Positions 17,326 to 26,027 of a stretch of DNA of 64,000 bases are shown here, in pieces (the first letter of the stretch is position 1; each line of letters opens with the position of its first letter). The position numbers and the translations under genes are program-made. This DNA comes from Candidatus Pelethousia sp. (GTDB taxonomy: Bacteria; Bacillota; Clostridia; Christensenellales; CAG-138). The stretch spans positions 67,223 to 131,222 of the forward strand of contig JAYFPE010000004.1 in NCBI GenBank assembly GCA_034928145.1, written 5' to 3'. The notes beneath the pieces are model-generated. The model searched no databases. It was not told the DNA's origin and was given only the letters and a program-made list of their open reading frames with translations.

Positions 17326-18093
17326 ATGATCCAATCTACCTATACGGCGCGCGGCGGCCTCATCGCCCAGCAACAGCGCCTGGACATTATCGCCAACAAT
17401 ATGGCGAATCTGAGCACTACGGCCTATAAGGCGGTGCGGGCGGACTTTAAAGACGCCCTCTATCAAACCATGGCGCGCCCCGTGCAGCCCCAGGATGGGC
17501 TGAACCTGCAAAAGGGCACAGGCGTCCTCTTGGGCGCGACCACCCGCGATTTTACCCAGGGTACGCCCCAGATGACGGGCGGCGCGCTCGACCTGATGCT
17601 CAGCGGAGACGGCTTCTTCGCCTTGCAGGATATTGATGGCGAAACCGCCTACACCCGCGACGGCACCTTCGCCCTCTCGGTGGAGGATGGCGGCAACTTC
17701 CTGGTTACCGGGGATGGGCGCTATGTGCTCGATAAAAATGGCCAACCCATCAATATTAAAGATACCTCTACGGACGACCTCTCCATCCAGGCGGACGGTA
17801 CCATGCGGAATACGGCCACAGGCGAGGAATTAGGGCAGCTGGGCATCTTCACCTTCGTCAACCGCCAGGGATTGATGGCTAACTCGGGTAACCGCTTCGA
17901 GCCCACGGATAGCTCCGGCGAGGCCATCGAATCCACGGCCACGGTGCGCCAGGGCTACCTCGAATCCTCCAATGTGGACCTAGCCAGCGAGATGGTGCGC
18001 ATGATCCGCACACAGCGCGTATTCTCCCTCACCTCCCGCGCGCTGACCACGGCGGACCAGATGGATTCCGAGGCCAACCAGATTCGGCGCTAA
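17326..18093 (+). CDS. flgG: flagellar basal-body rod protein FlgG (FlhP-like)
   Basis: 255 aa. Contains the IANNMANLSTTAYK motif and the C-terminal GYLESSNVDLASEMVRMIRTQRVF signature. Confidence 0.85.
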   Translation: MIQSTYTARGGLIAQQQRLDIIANNMANLSTTAYKAVRADFKDALYQTMARPVQPQDGLNLQKGTGVLLGATTRDFTQGTPQMTGGALDLMLSGDGFFALQDIDGETAYTRDGTFALSVEDGGNFLVTGDGRYVLDKNGQPINIKDTSTDDLSIQADGTMRNTATGEELGQLGIFTFVNRQGLMANSGNRFEPTDSSGEAIESTATVRQGYLESSNVDLASEMVRMIRTQRVFSLTSRALTTADQMDSEANQIRR

Positions 18094-18117
18094 GCCGGCC
18101 CAACAGGAGGGTAAAGC

Positions 18118-18552
18118 ATGCAACTGATCAAATGCAAATGGTGCGGCAGGCCCTTCCAGAGCTACGGTCATAATTTCTGCCCACAATGTGTGCAGGAGTT
18201 GGATGAGCAATATAAGCCTGTACGTGATTACCTTTACGACAACCCCAACGCCACCATCGAGGAAGTGATGGAATCGACCGGCGCGGCTGAGCGGGTGATT
18301 CTCTATTACTTGCGGGACGGCCGGCTGCAAATGGCCAACTTGAGCGGCCTGTTGCGTTGCGAGCAATGCGGCGCGCCCATTAACACCGGCCGCTTGTGCG
18401 AAACCTGCACCAGCAAGGTGGAAGAGCGCATCGTTAAGCCCTTGCGGGAACGTATGGCCAAAATGCGCAAACAGGAACAAAATCAGGACGATGCTGCGGG
18501 CAGCAGGATGTATACCTACCAGGAGGAGCGTTTTCGAGGCAGGGACCATTAA
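18118..18552 (+). CDS. zinc-ribbon flagellar operon protein (YvyF-like)
   Basis: 144 aa with CxxC pairs at both ends (CKWCG...CPQC; CEQCG...CETC). It lies directly upstream of flgM, like B. subtilis yvyF. Confidence 0.7.
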   Translation: MQLIKCKWCGRPFQSYGHNFCPQCVQELDEQYKPVRDYLYDNPNATIEEVMESTGAAERVILYYLRDGRLQMANLSGLLRCEQCGAPINTGRLCETCTSKVEERIVKPLRERMAKMRKQEQNQDDAAGSRMYTYQEERFRGRDH

Positions 18553-18613
18553 AGCCAAGCGCTTCATCCCCCGTTTTAGTACAGGGCGTTCAAACAAAAA
18601 AGGAGTGATTACC

Positions 18614-18886
18614 ATGAAAATCGGATCCGTAAACCCCGTCATCGGGCAATATAACCAAATTAAAACGGGGGCCGCGCGCAAGCTGCCTGAAGCCCAGGAC
18701 GCCGCGGATAGCGTAGAGCTTTCCCCGGAGGCGCTGCTTTTTTCCGAAGCCTTTGGCGCGGCGCGTAGGAGCATGCAGGGGGCAACGCCAGGGCAGGAGG
18801 TCAAGATCAACCAAATCATGGAGCAAATGCGCGCGGGCAGCTACCAGGTCGAGATCAAGGATATCTGCGATAAGCTTCTTTCATGA
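18614..18886 (+). CDS. flgM: anti-sigma-28 factor FlgM
   Basis: 90 aa from the internal ATG at 18614 (AGGAG upstream). The C-terminal KINQIMEQMRAGSYQVEIKDICDKLL is FlgM-like, and the gene precedes flgN-flgK. Confidence 0.8.
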   Translation: MKIGSVNPVIGQYNQIKTGAARKLPEAQDAADSVELSPEALLFSEAFGAARRSMQGATPGQEVKINQIMEQMRAGSYQVEIKDICDKLLS

Positions 18887-19398
18887 GGGAGGTTCTTTCA
18901 TTGTATCAGGCGGTGGGTGAGCAGTTGGTTGCCTTGCTGGCTGTTTATGGTCAGCTTTTGCAGCTAGCCCGGGAAAAGGAACCCGTCCTGCAAACCAATA
19001 ACGACCTAGAGGCCCTACGCAGTCTCACCGAGCGCGAGGAGGCTCTGATGGATCAGGCGGCGCAGGTGGAGCGGCTGCGGATGGAAGCCGTGGCGAAGAT
19101 TGCGGAGGGAAAGGGGATAGACCCCGAAGTTCTCACCGTATCCGCCTTAGCGGAACAGGCCGCGCAGCCCGAGCGGGAAGCCCTGCTTGCGGCGGCCGGG
19201 GAGCTGACGGAGGTGCTGCGGCAGTTACGGATGCAAAACGATATGAACAGGCAATTGCTACAGATGAACCTGAGCTTTGCCGCCTTTGTGCTGGATAGTA
19301 CGGCCCGGGAAACAAGCCTGGGCGATACCTACGGCGCCTCCGGCGCTCCGGCGGAGAAAGCCGAAAGCGGCTACCGCCTTTTAGATAGCGAGATATAA
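18883..19398 (+). CDS. flgN: FlgN-family flagellar chaperone
   Basis: 171-aa helical protein with an ATGA overlap with flgM. It sits upstream of flgK, like yvyG/flgN in Bacillus. Confidence 0.7.
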   Translation: MREVLSLYQAVGEQLVALLAVYGQLLQLAREKEPVLQTNNDLEALRSLTEREEALMDQAAQVERLRMEAVAKIAEGKGIDPEVLTVSALAEQAAQPEREALLAAAGELTEVLRQLRMQNDMNRQLLQMNLSFAAFVLDSTARETSLGDTYGASGAPAEKAESGYRLLDSEI

Positions 19399-19451
19399 AG
19401 CCAATATAAGACCGTTTACCCCTTTTTGACCAGAAAACACGAGGTGCGCGC

Positions 19452-21104
19452 ATGAGATCGACCTTTTATGGGCTGGAGATTGCCCGCTCCGGACTCTATA
19501 CTTCCCAGAACGAGCTAAATGTAACGGGGCATAACATCGCCAATGTGGATACCGTGGGCTATACCCGCCAGCGCCTGAATACAGCCTCCCTCGCGCCTGT
19601 TTCCATGAATGTGCAATACGCCCTGGATGCAAAATCCACCACCGGCCGCGGCGTGGAAGCCTTGACGGTGGATCAGGTGCGCAACCTTTTCACGGATGCC
19701 AAATACCGCGAGGAGGCCAGCGCCACCGGCTATTGGAACACCAGGATGAACGAATTCTACATGGTGGAGCAGCTTTACAACTCCGTTTTGGAAACCACCT
19801 CCACCTCCTCCAGCATCGATACCGCCCTAACAAGCTTCAAGACGGCCTTGGATTCTCTGGTCGAAGAGCCTTCCAGCCTGGAAGCGCGCACCAATTTAAT
19901 GACCAAGGCCATGCAGCTCACGGAGACCTTCCGGTATGTTTACGGCAAGCTGGAGGATCAGCACGACAACCTCAACAACTCCGTCGCCGTTACCGTGGGG
20001 CGGATCAACGACATCGCCCAATCCATCGCTAACCTCAACCGCCAGATCCACGGCTACGAGCTCACCGGCGCCAAGGCCAATGACCTGCGTGATTCCCGCA
20101 ACCTCTTGCTCGATGAACTCAGCGGCCTGGTGGATATCGAATATTATGAGAACAGCCAAGGTTACCTTACCGTAACCATCGGCGGTCGCGCGCTGGTAAA
20201 CGGCGTAGAATCCAACAAGCTCGCCGTGGACCCGCAGGGTGCGGATAACCAGATGGATGTGGTAGCCAACGCGGATATCATCCGCAAGCAGTATTCGGTG
20301 GTCTGGGCGGATGGAATGGGCAAGCCCAGCAAGAACCCGGACGACGCCGCGCTGATCCAGAGCGGCGCCTTAAAGGCTTATTTAGACCTTCGGGATGGAA
20401 CCACGGAGGAAACCTACGGTATCCCCTATGTGGCCAACCAGCTCAACGAATTGGCCCGCAAGATCGCAGAGGAGATCAACGAGGTGCATGCGCAGGGCTA
20501 TACCCTGCCCTTTACAGAGGCGGATGCCCTGGGTGCAACGGCGGGGCTGACTCCGCGCATATTGCCGGATGGCACGATATATTATGAATCCACCACAGGG
20601 ATCAACTTCTTCGAGGTGGATAAGGGGGATTACAGCAAGATTAACGCCGGCAGTTTCGCCGTATCGAGCGATATCCAGAAAAACGTCTACCTCATCGCCG
20701 CATCCGGCGAGAAGCTGCCTGTCGAAGGCGTTGATGCCAGCGGCAACCTGGTGGTGACGCAAAACATGCAGCGCGGCAACGCCGAAAACCTCAAAAAGAT
20801 AGCCGCCCTCTTTTCCAAAAAAGATGCGGTTGGCAACCCCGATAACTATTCCGCCCAGCTTAAGCTGCTGGTGACCAACGTGGGCACCCAGCAGGAAAAA
20901 ATCCAAACCATGGAAAGCGCCCAACAGACCCGCATCGCCTCCATCGTGGCGCAGCGGGCATCGGAATCCTCCGTATCCATCGACGAGGAAATGACCAATA
21001 TGATTCGCTTTACCCATGCTTACAACGCCAATGCCCGCATCATGACGGCCATCGATGAGGAGCTAGACACCCTCATCAATAAAATGGGCACAGTCGGCAG
21101 ATAA
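19452..21104 (+). CDS. flgK: hook-associated protein 1 FlgK
   Basis: 550 aa. The N-terminal MRSTFYGLEIARSGLYTSQNELNVTGHNIANVDTVGYTRQ and the C-terminal SVSIDEEMTNMIRFTHAYNANARIM are FlgK-like. Confidence 0.9.
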   Translation: MRSTFYGLEIARSGLYTSQNELNVTGHNIANVDTVGYTRQRLNTASLAPVSMNVQYALDAKSTTGRGVEALTVDQVRNLFTDAKYREEASATGYWNTRMNEFYMVEQLYNSVLETTSTSSSIDTALTSFKTALDSLVEEPSSLEARTNLMTKAMQLTETFRYVYGKLEDQHDNLNNSVAVTVGRINDIAQSIANLNRQIHGYELTGAKANDLRDSRNLLLDELSGLVDIEYYENSQGYLTVTIGGRALVNGVESNKLAVDPQGADNQMDVVANADIIRKQYSVVWADGMGKPSKNPDDAALIQSGALKAYLDLRDGTTEETYGIPYVANQLNELARKIAEEINEVHAQGYTLPFTEADALGATAGLTPRILPDGTIYYESTTGINFFEVDKGDYSKINAGSFAVSSDIQKNVYLIAASGEKLPVEGVDASGNLVVTQNMQRGNAENLKKIAALFSKKDAVGNPDNYSAQLKLLVTNVGTQQEKIQTMESAQQTRIASIVAQRASESSVSIDEEMTNMIRFTHAYNANARIMTAIDEELDTLINKMGTVGR

Positions 21105-21126
21105 GATAACCAAGGAGGAAACCAGC

Positions 21127-22107
21127 ATGCGCATTACCAACGGCATGATCGTGACCAGCTTCCTGTCCAACTTGCAGACCAACCAGGCCAAGATGGACAA
21201 ATATACCGGCCAGCTTTCCAGCGGCCGCAAGATCGTTCGCCTTTCGGATGACCCGGTGGGCGTATACAAATCCCTCACGGCCCGGCAGCGCCTGGCCAGT
21301 TACGAGCAATATCAGCGCAACCTGGTCACCGCGCGCAATTGGTCGGAGCAATGCGAGAGCACCCTGCAGGAGCTGAGCAGCAAGCTGTCCGCCATTAAAA
21401 GCGAGGTCGTCAACGCAGCCTCTACGGGCATTAAAAACGATGGAGACAGGCAGAACATCGCCGTGCTGATGAGCGAGCTAAGGGATACGGTGAAGGACGC
21501 TCTTAATACCGTTGTGGGCGATCAGTATATCTTTGCCGGCTATAATACATCTAACCAACCCCTCACCTTTGCCAAGGATGCGGATGGTAAGGATACCGAT
21601 ATCATCCTCTACAACGGGCTGGATCTTTCCAATATTACGGACGCGGCCAACAAGGCCGCTATCGAGAAGGAGCAGGGCCAGAACATCTCGCTGGAGGTGG
21701 GCTATAGCCTGCAGATGGATATCTCCATAACGGCCATCGACGTGGTGGGCGTGGGCGATAACAACTTTTTCAAAATCATGAACGAGATCATCGGCCTGAT
21801 GAACTCGGATTCCTCCACCGAGGATGTGGCGGGCCAGCTGAGCGGTTACCTGGGCAAGCTGGACGGCGCCCACGAGCGGATCACCTCCTGCCTGGTGAAG
21901 ACCGGGGCAATGACTACCCAGATCGATATTCTGGACGAGCGCTATGCCGAAGATGTGATCAACTATAATGAGATCCGCTCCCAGATCGAGGATATCGATT
22001 CCGCGGAGACCATTATGGATTGGAAAATGGCGGACGCTGTATATAAACAGAGCCTTTCCGCGGGCGCGCGGATCATTATGCCAACGCTGCTGGACTTTTT
22101 AAGATAA
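21127..22107 (+). CDS. flgL: hook-associated protein 3 FlgL
   Basis: 326 aa with a flagellin-like N-terminus (MRITNGMIVTSFLSNLQTNQAKMDKYTGQLSSGRKI). It follows flgK. Confidence 0.9.
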   Translation: MRITNGMIVTSFLSNLQTNQAKMDKYTGQLSSGRKIVRLSDDPVGVYKSLTARQRLASYEQYQRNLVTARNWSEQCESTLQELSSKLSAIKSEVVNAASTGIKNDGDRQNIAVLMSELRDTVKDALNTVVGDQYIFAGYNTSNQPLTFAKDADGKDTDIILYNGLDLSNITDAANKAAIEKEQGQNISLEVGYSLQMDISITAIDVVGVGDNNFFKIMNEIIGLMNSDSSTEDVAGQLSGYLGKLDGAHERITSCLVKTGAMTTQIDILDERYAEDVINYNEIRSQIEDIDSAETIMDWKMADAVYKQSLSAGARIIMPTLLDFLR

Positions 22108-22146
22108 ACGCCTAAGCACAGAATTTATCTGGAAGGGGGGGTTCGT

Positions 22147-22752
22147 TTGCAGGTTTCGGGCTCCAGGCCATATTTGGATATCAAAACGACCAACGCTAAG
22201 GTTGAGATCCATAACGAGCCCCTGCGCCTCAAGGTCGAACGGGAGCCCGCCAGGATGCACGTGCGACGCACGCGCCCCAAAATGAAGGTCAATTGGGAAA
22301 GGGTACGCAACGAATCCGGCCTTAAAACCCCTTCGGCGCAGCGCCGCCACATGCAGCAAGTATACCGCCAGAAGGCCCTCGAGAACATCACCAATATATC
22401 CGGCGAGAACGAGCAGATGAGCAACCTGCAAAACGCTGTATCCGGCGGACCGGAACTGGTGGCTACCGTAGCGCTGGATTCGGTTTTGCATCAGGATATA
22501 CCGGTGGTAGATGTGGCCAATATGCCCCGCTCCATGCCCGATGTGGAGTGGGAAGAGGGCAAGCTTGAGATCGAGTGGGATCCGCCCATCATGGAAATGC
22601 ATTGGGAAGGGAGCCTGCGCCCGGAGATCACCGTTACCCCGCATACGGTGGAGATACGCCTGATCAACGGCGAAACCATTCGTGTGGGCGAGAACGAGGC
22701 CCGCATGCTGGAGCAACAGGGCTACGGCAAGCGGCTGGATGAAAAAATTTAG
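22147..22752 (+). CDS. YviE-like hypothetical protein (DUF6470-type position)
   Basis: 201-aa ORF with a TTG start after a G-rich RBS. It lies between flgL and fliW, exactly where yviE lies in B. subtilis. The family assignment is from synteny only. Confidence 0.55.
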   Translation: MQVSGSRPYLDIKTTNAKVEIHNEPLRLKVEREPARMHVRRTRPKMKVNWERVRNESGLKTPSAQRRHMQQVYRQKALENITNISGENEQMSNLQNAVSGGPELVATVALDSVLHQDIPVVDVANMPRSMPDVEWEEGKLEIEWDPPIMEMHWEGSLRPEITVTPHTVEIRLINGETIRVGENEARMLEQQGYGKRLDEKI

Positions 22753-22769
22753 GGAGAGGAAAGTCACCC

Positions 22770-23279
22770 ATGATTATCGAAACCCATCGGTTCGGGCGCG
22801 TAACCATCAATCCGGATCATATCATCAGTTTCGGCGAGGGGCTGCTCGGCTTTGAACAGCTCAAACGGTACGCGATTATTTTATGCGAGGCCACGGAGCC
22901 CATCCAATGGCTCCAAGCCGTGGATGATCCCACGGTATCGTTGCCCATCATCAATCCCTTCCTCATCAAGCCCGATTATGAGCTGGATGTGGATGATGCC
23001 GAGCTTCACAGCATCGGCACGCCCAGCGTGGAGGAGATCCTCATCGTTAACGCCATGGTGCTGCCCGAGAAGATCCGCGAAGCCACCGTAAACCTTTCAG
23101 CCCCGGTGCTCATCAACCTGCGCACCAAGCAGGGCCGGCAAATCGTTATGGAATATTCCCAGGCCAACGCCATCCGCTACCCGGCCTTTGAAGCCTTAGC
23201 CGCCTATTATCGGGAGCAGGAAGCGCGCAAGCCGGAGAAGAAGGAGCAGGCAGATGTTAGTATTGACCAGAAAACTTGA
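22770..23279 (+). CDS. fliW: flagellar assembly factor FliW
   Basis: 169 aa. FGRVTINPDHIISFGEGLLGFEQLKRY and PIINPFLIKPDYE are characteristic of FliW. It is adjacent to csrA. Confidence 0.9.
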   Translation: MIIETHRFGRVTINPDHIISFGEGLLGFEQLKRYAIILCEATEPIQWLQAVDDPTVSLPIINPFLIKPDYELDVDDAELHSIGTPSVEEILIVNAMVLPEKIREATVNLSAPVLINLRTKQGRQIVMEYSQANAIRYPAFEALAAYYREQEARKPEKKEQADVSIDQKT

Positions 23280-23526
23280 GGAAAGCTTGCTGCTGGGGGG
23301 CGAGATACGCATCACCGTGCTGGGCGTAAACGGCGATAAAGTCCGCCTGGGCATCGATGCGCCCCGCACTGTGAAAATATTGCGCGGGGAAACGGTGGAT
23401 CAGACCCGGGACACCAACCGCCTCGCCGCTTCCTCCGGCATGAATCTGGCGGCCATCTTTAAAGACGCCGCCCAGGCCATGGAGGCGCCCGGAGCGGATC
23501 TTCCCAAAGAGGGGAAGCAGGACTGA
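23254..23526 (+). CDS. csrA: carbon storage regulator CsrA
   Basis: MLVLTRKLEESLLLGGEIRITVLGVNGDKVRLGIDAPRTVKILRGE is canonical CsrA. It overlaps the fliW 3' end by 26 nt. Confidence 0.95.
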   Translation: MLVLTRKLEESLLLGGEIRITVLGVNGDKVRLGIDAPRTVKILRGETVDQTRDTNRLAASSGMNLAAIFKDAAQAMEAPGADLPKEGKQD

Positions 23527-23566
23527 AACGACAACGGCTAACGCCTGCGCGAAAGGAGGGGGGAGC

Positions 23567-24394
23567 ATGCGCATCAACGATACCAGCCTTGAGAGCTTTA
23601 TCAACCGGCAGTACCAGCAGAGCTACAATGAGTATGCAAAATCCGTGCAGCGCATCGTCAGCGGCGAAAAAAGCGCGGCGGACGATCCCGCCGGCTTGGC
23701 TATCTCCGAAAAGATGCGGGCGGATATCAACGGCATGAACCAGGCCTCCCGCAACGTGCAGGATGCGGCCAGCCTCATACAAACCGCGGACGGCGCGATG
23801 TCCTCCATGCACAGCATCCTCCAGCGTATGGGAACCCTTGCCAACCAGGCCGCTACGGGCACCTATACGGGGGAGCAGCGCTTGGCTATGGAAGAGGAAT
23901 ACCGGCAGCTTGCGGCCGAATTGCAGGATATCCAGAAGGATACAAACTTCAACGGCATCAATTTGCTAGACGGAACCATCGGCACTCAAAAGGGCGGCAT
24001 CGTCATCCAGGTTGGCTCCAAAGAAGGGCAAACCATGACCATGTACCTCGAAGGGCTGGATTTGAGCGGCCTTTCCTCCAGCTCCCTGCTGACCCAGGAG
24101 GGGGGGAGCAAGGCCATCGGCATCGTGCAGAGCGCCATCAACGGCCTGAGTACCCAACGCGCCCGGGCGGGCGCCTACCAGAACCGCCTGGAATACAAAC
24201 AAGAGAATCTCGCAACCATGGTCGCCAACCTTGCCGAGGCGGAAAGCCGCATCCGCGATGTAGATATTGCCCAGGAAATGACAAATCTCGTCAACCACCA
24301 GATCAAGATGCAGGTAGCCACCGCCATGCTAGCCCAGGTGCTGACCATGAAACGGCAAAATGTGGCTACGCTATTGGGTATCATGACGGCATAA
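23567..24394 (+). CDS. fliC: flagellin (short, D0/D1-only type)
   Basis: 275 aa. It has a flagellin N-terminal region (RINDTSLES..., ADDPAGLAISEKMRADINGMNQASRNVQDAASLIQTADGAM) and C-terminal region (AGAYQNRLEYKQENL, DVDIAQEMTNLVNHQIKMQ). Confidence 0.95.
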   Translation: MRINDTSLESFINRQYQQSYNEYAKSVQRIVSGEKSAADDPAGLAISEKMRADINGMNQASRNVQDAASLIQTADGAMSSMHSILQRMGTLANQAATGTYTGEQRLAMEEEYRQLAAELQDIQKDTNFNGINLLDGTIGTQKGGIVIQVGSKEGQTMTMYLEGLDLSGLSSSSLLTQEGGSKAIGIVQSAINGLSTQRARAGAYQNRLEYKQENLATMVANLAEAESRIRDVDIAQEMTNLVNHQIKMQVATAMLAQVLTMKRQNVATLLGIMTA

Positions 24395-24437
24395 CCTTTT
24401 AGGGAAAAAGATGGCGGCAGCCGCTTTTGTACGCACG

Positions 24438-24465
24438 GCGGGACGCTTATGCGCCCCGCTTTTAT
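24438..24465 (+). terminator. rho-independent terminator after flagellin
   Basis: GCGGGACGC-ttat-GCGCCCCGC stem (one mismatch) followed by TTTTAT. Confidence 0.6.
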
Positions 24466-24483
24466 ATTAAAAATATAAACGGA

Positions 24484-25056
24484 TTATGCCATGACCAAAG
24501 CGCCGGCAACGCCCGCAAGCACTGTTAATAAAATCGGATTGACTTTAAAGCGTATATTTAGAACCGCAGTCAATAAAAAAATAATGATACAAGCCAAGGA
24601 TAAACTCCCAACCGGATCGATTCGCAAATCCCCTATACTCTTGCATGGCAGCAAAAGGACGTTGGCGGCGATCGTGATTGCGGCGGCCGCAATCAACCCC
24701 ACGGCAGCGGGCTTAATGCCGGATAGCGTGTCCGTTAGCCAAACATTGTCTTTAAAGCGCGCGAAGAAACGCATAATGATAACGGTGAGAATAAAGGATG
24801 GCAAAGATACGCCGGCCGTAGCCGCAATCGCCCCCGGCAGGCCTTGATGCAGATATCCAACATAGGTGGCCGCGTTGATGGCGATGGCGCCGGGAACCAC
24901 CATATCCAATGCATTCAGGTCTGCAAACTGGGCAGGGCTGACAGAAAAGTTCTGTGCTTCCGATAGGATCATGGAAAGCATGGCGTACCCACCCCCAAAG
25001 CTCAAAAAGCCGAGCTTGACAAAGGTATAAAACAGCTTAAAACACTCAAGCAGCAT
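24484..25056 (-). CDS. chrA: chromate transporter family protein (short-chain CHR, C-terminal half-type)
   Basis: Start chosen at the internal ATG (MLLECFKLFYTFVKLGFLSFGGGYAMLSM). It carries the CHR motif LSFGGG...PGA and is paired with an upstream paralogue. Confidence 0.8.
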   Translation of the reverse strand: MLLECFKLFYTFVKLGFLSFGGGYAMLSMILSEAQNFSVSPAQFADLNALDMVVPGAIAINAATYVGYLHQGLPGAIAATAGVSLPSFILTVIIMRFFARFKDNVWLTDTLSGIKPAAVGLIAAAAITIAANVLLLPCKSIGDLRIDPVGSLSLACIIIFLLTAVLNIRFKVNPILLTVLAGVAGALVMA

Positions 25057-25690
25057 CGCTACGCCTCCTATCCCGATGCCGCTTGATGCGCTGATAGATG
25101 CAGCCTGTAACGCCGGAAAGCACAACAACAAGCGGCGCGCCTATGTTCCCGGCAATGACGAGAAGAAAAGCCGCGATCATCAGGATGATGGCGAAGCCGC
25201 TTTTCAAATTATATTTGCCCAAGGAAAAGGCGGCCGAAAGCACCAAGGCGGCGGATGCTGCCCGAATCCCGCGCATAGCGCCCAGAAGCGGGCCTTGCTG
25301 CGGGATCATATTTGCCAGAACGGTAGCCACGACCATCAGGGAAAACGCCGGGAGGATTGCCCCAAATCCCGCCGCAAGCATTCCGAAAAGGCCCGCCGCG
25401 CGGCGCCCAACAAGCGCCGCGCAATTGAGCGCGATTACGCCGGGCATGGTTTGCGAGAGCGTGGCATATTCCATAAATTCGTCCTTGGTTAGAAGCTGAT
25501 ATTTTTCAACCGCATCCCGTTCGATTGCCGGAACAACAGCAAGGCCGCCTGCAAATGTAAAGGTGCTGGCTTTTAAAAAAGTGATAAACAGCGCGAAATG
25601 TTTTCGAAACTTCTTTATATTTTTGCCTTTAAATAAACTCCAACGAGACAATAATCTCCCACCTTCTTCCTTAGGCGCAACACTGCCCAT
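25046..25690 (-). CDS. chrA: chromate transporter family protein (short-chain CHR, N-terminal half-type)
   Basis: 214 aa. FLKASTFTFAGGLAVVPAIERDAVEKYQLLTKDEFMEYATLSQTMPGVIALN is the CHR family pattern. It overlaps the downstream partner by 11 nt. Confidence 0.8.
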   Translation of the reverse strand: MGSVAPKEEGGRLLSRWSLFKGKNIKKFRKHFALFITFLKASTFTFAGGLAVVPAIERDAVEKYQLLTKDEFMEYATLSQTMPGVIALNCAALVGRRAAGLFGMLAAGFGAILPAFSLMVVATVLANMIPQQGPLLGAMRGIRAASAALVLSAAFSLGKYNLKSGFAIILMIAAFLLVIAGNIGAPLVVVLSGVTGCIYQRIKRHRDRRRSDAA

Positions 25691-25925
25691 ATTAAAGACA
25701 TTATAGCCCTTGAAACATCATAAGTAAAATATTATAGTCTTACACGAGTAATATCGGGGATCTTGACCTTGCGGCAGCACCCTCCACAAGGCCGGCATCG
25801 CAGCCGAGCTCGGCTGCGGGGAAATGATAGCGCCCGGTTCGACCGTCGCTCCGGCCGCTGCATCGACTATGGCGCGCTGGAGGCGGAGCGGCAAGGCGTA
25901 AGACCAGCAGCTAAGCGCCGATAAA

Positions 25926-25970
25926 AAGGCGTGCCGTCACGGGGAAACCGTTGCGACACGCCTTTTGCGT
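25926..25970 (-). terminator. bidirectional-looking hairpin terminator downstream of the helicase gene
   Basis: AAAAAGGCGTGCCGTCACGG-ggaaa-CCGTTGCGACACGCCTTTT. The stem is imperfect, with A-run and T-run flanks. Confidence 0.55.
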
Positions 25971-26027
25971 TCTGATTGAGAGACGGGCGTATTAAAAGCC
26001 CTTGCCCTTGGAAGGCCTGCTCGGAGC

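Noticed and set aside
25790-25900. Possible gene remnant or tRNA-like segment (ggttcgacc) in the chrA-helicase intergenic region.
   Set aside because: No cloverleaf can be drawn, because the T-arm stems do not pair. The short in-frame stretch ending in TAA at ~25900 has no start or RBS. At most it is an unidentifiable pseudogene fragment.
25899-25924. A sigma-D-like motif TAAG-N14-GCCGATAA on the plus strand.
   Set aside because: The -10 element is good, but the -35 element and spacing are off. The only downstream feature is the terminator hairpin at 25926-25970, followed by the antisense strand of the helicase gene, so there is no target gene. It is most likely a chance match. A ~45-nt hairpin RNA cannot be excluded without transcript data.
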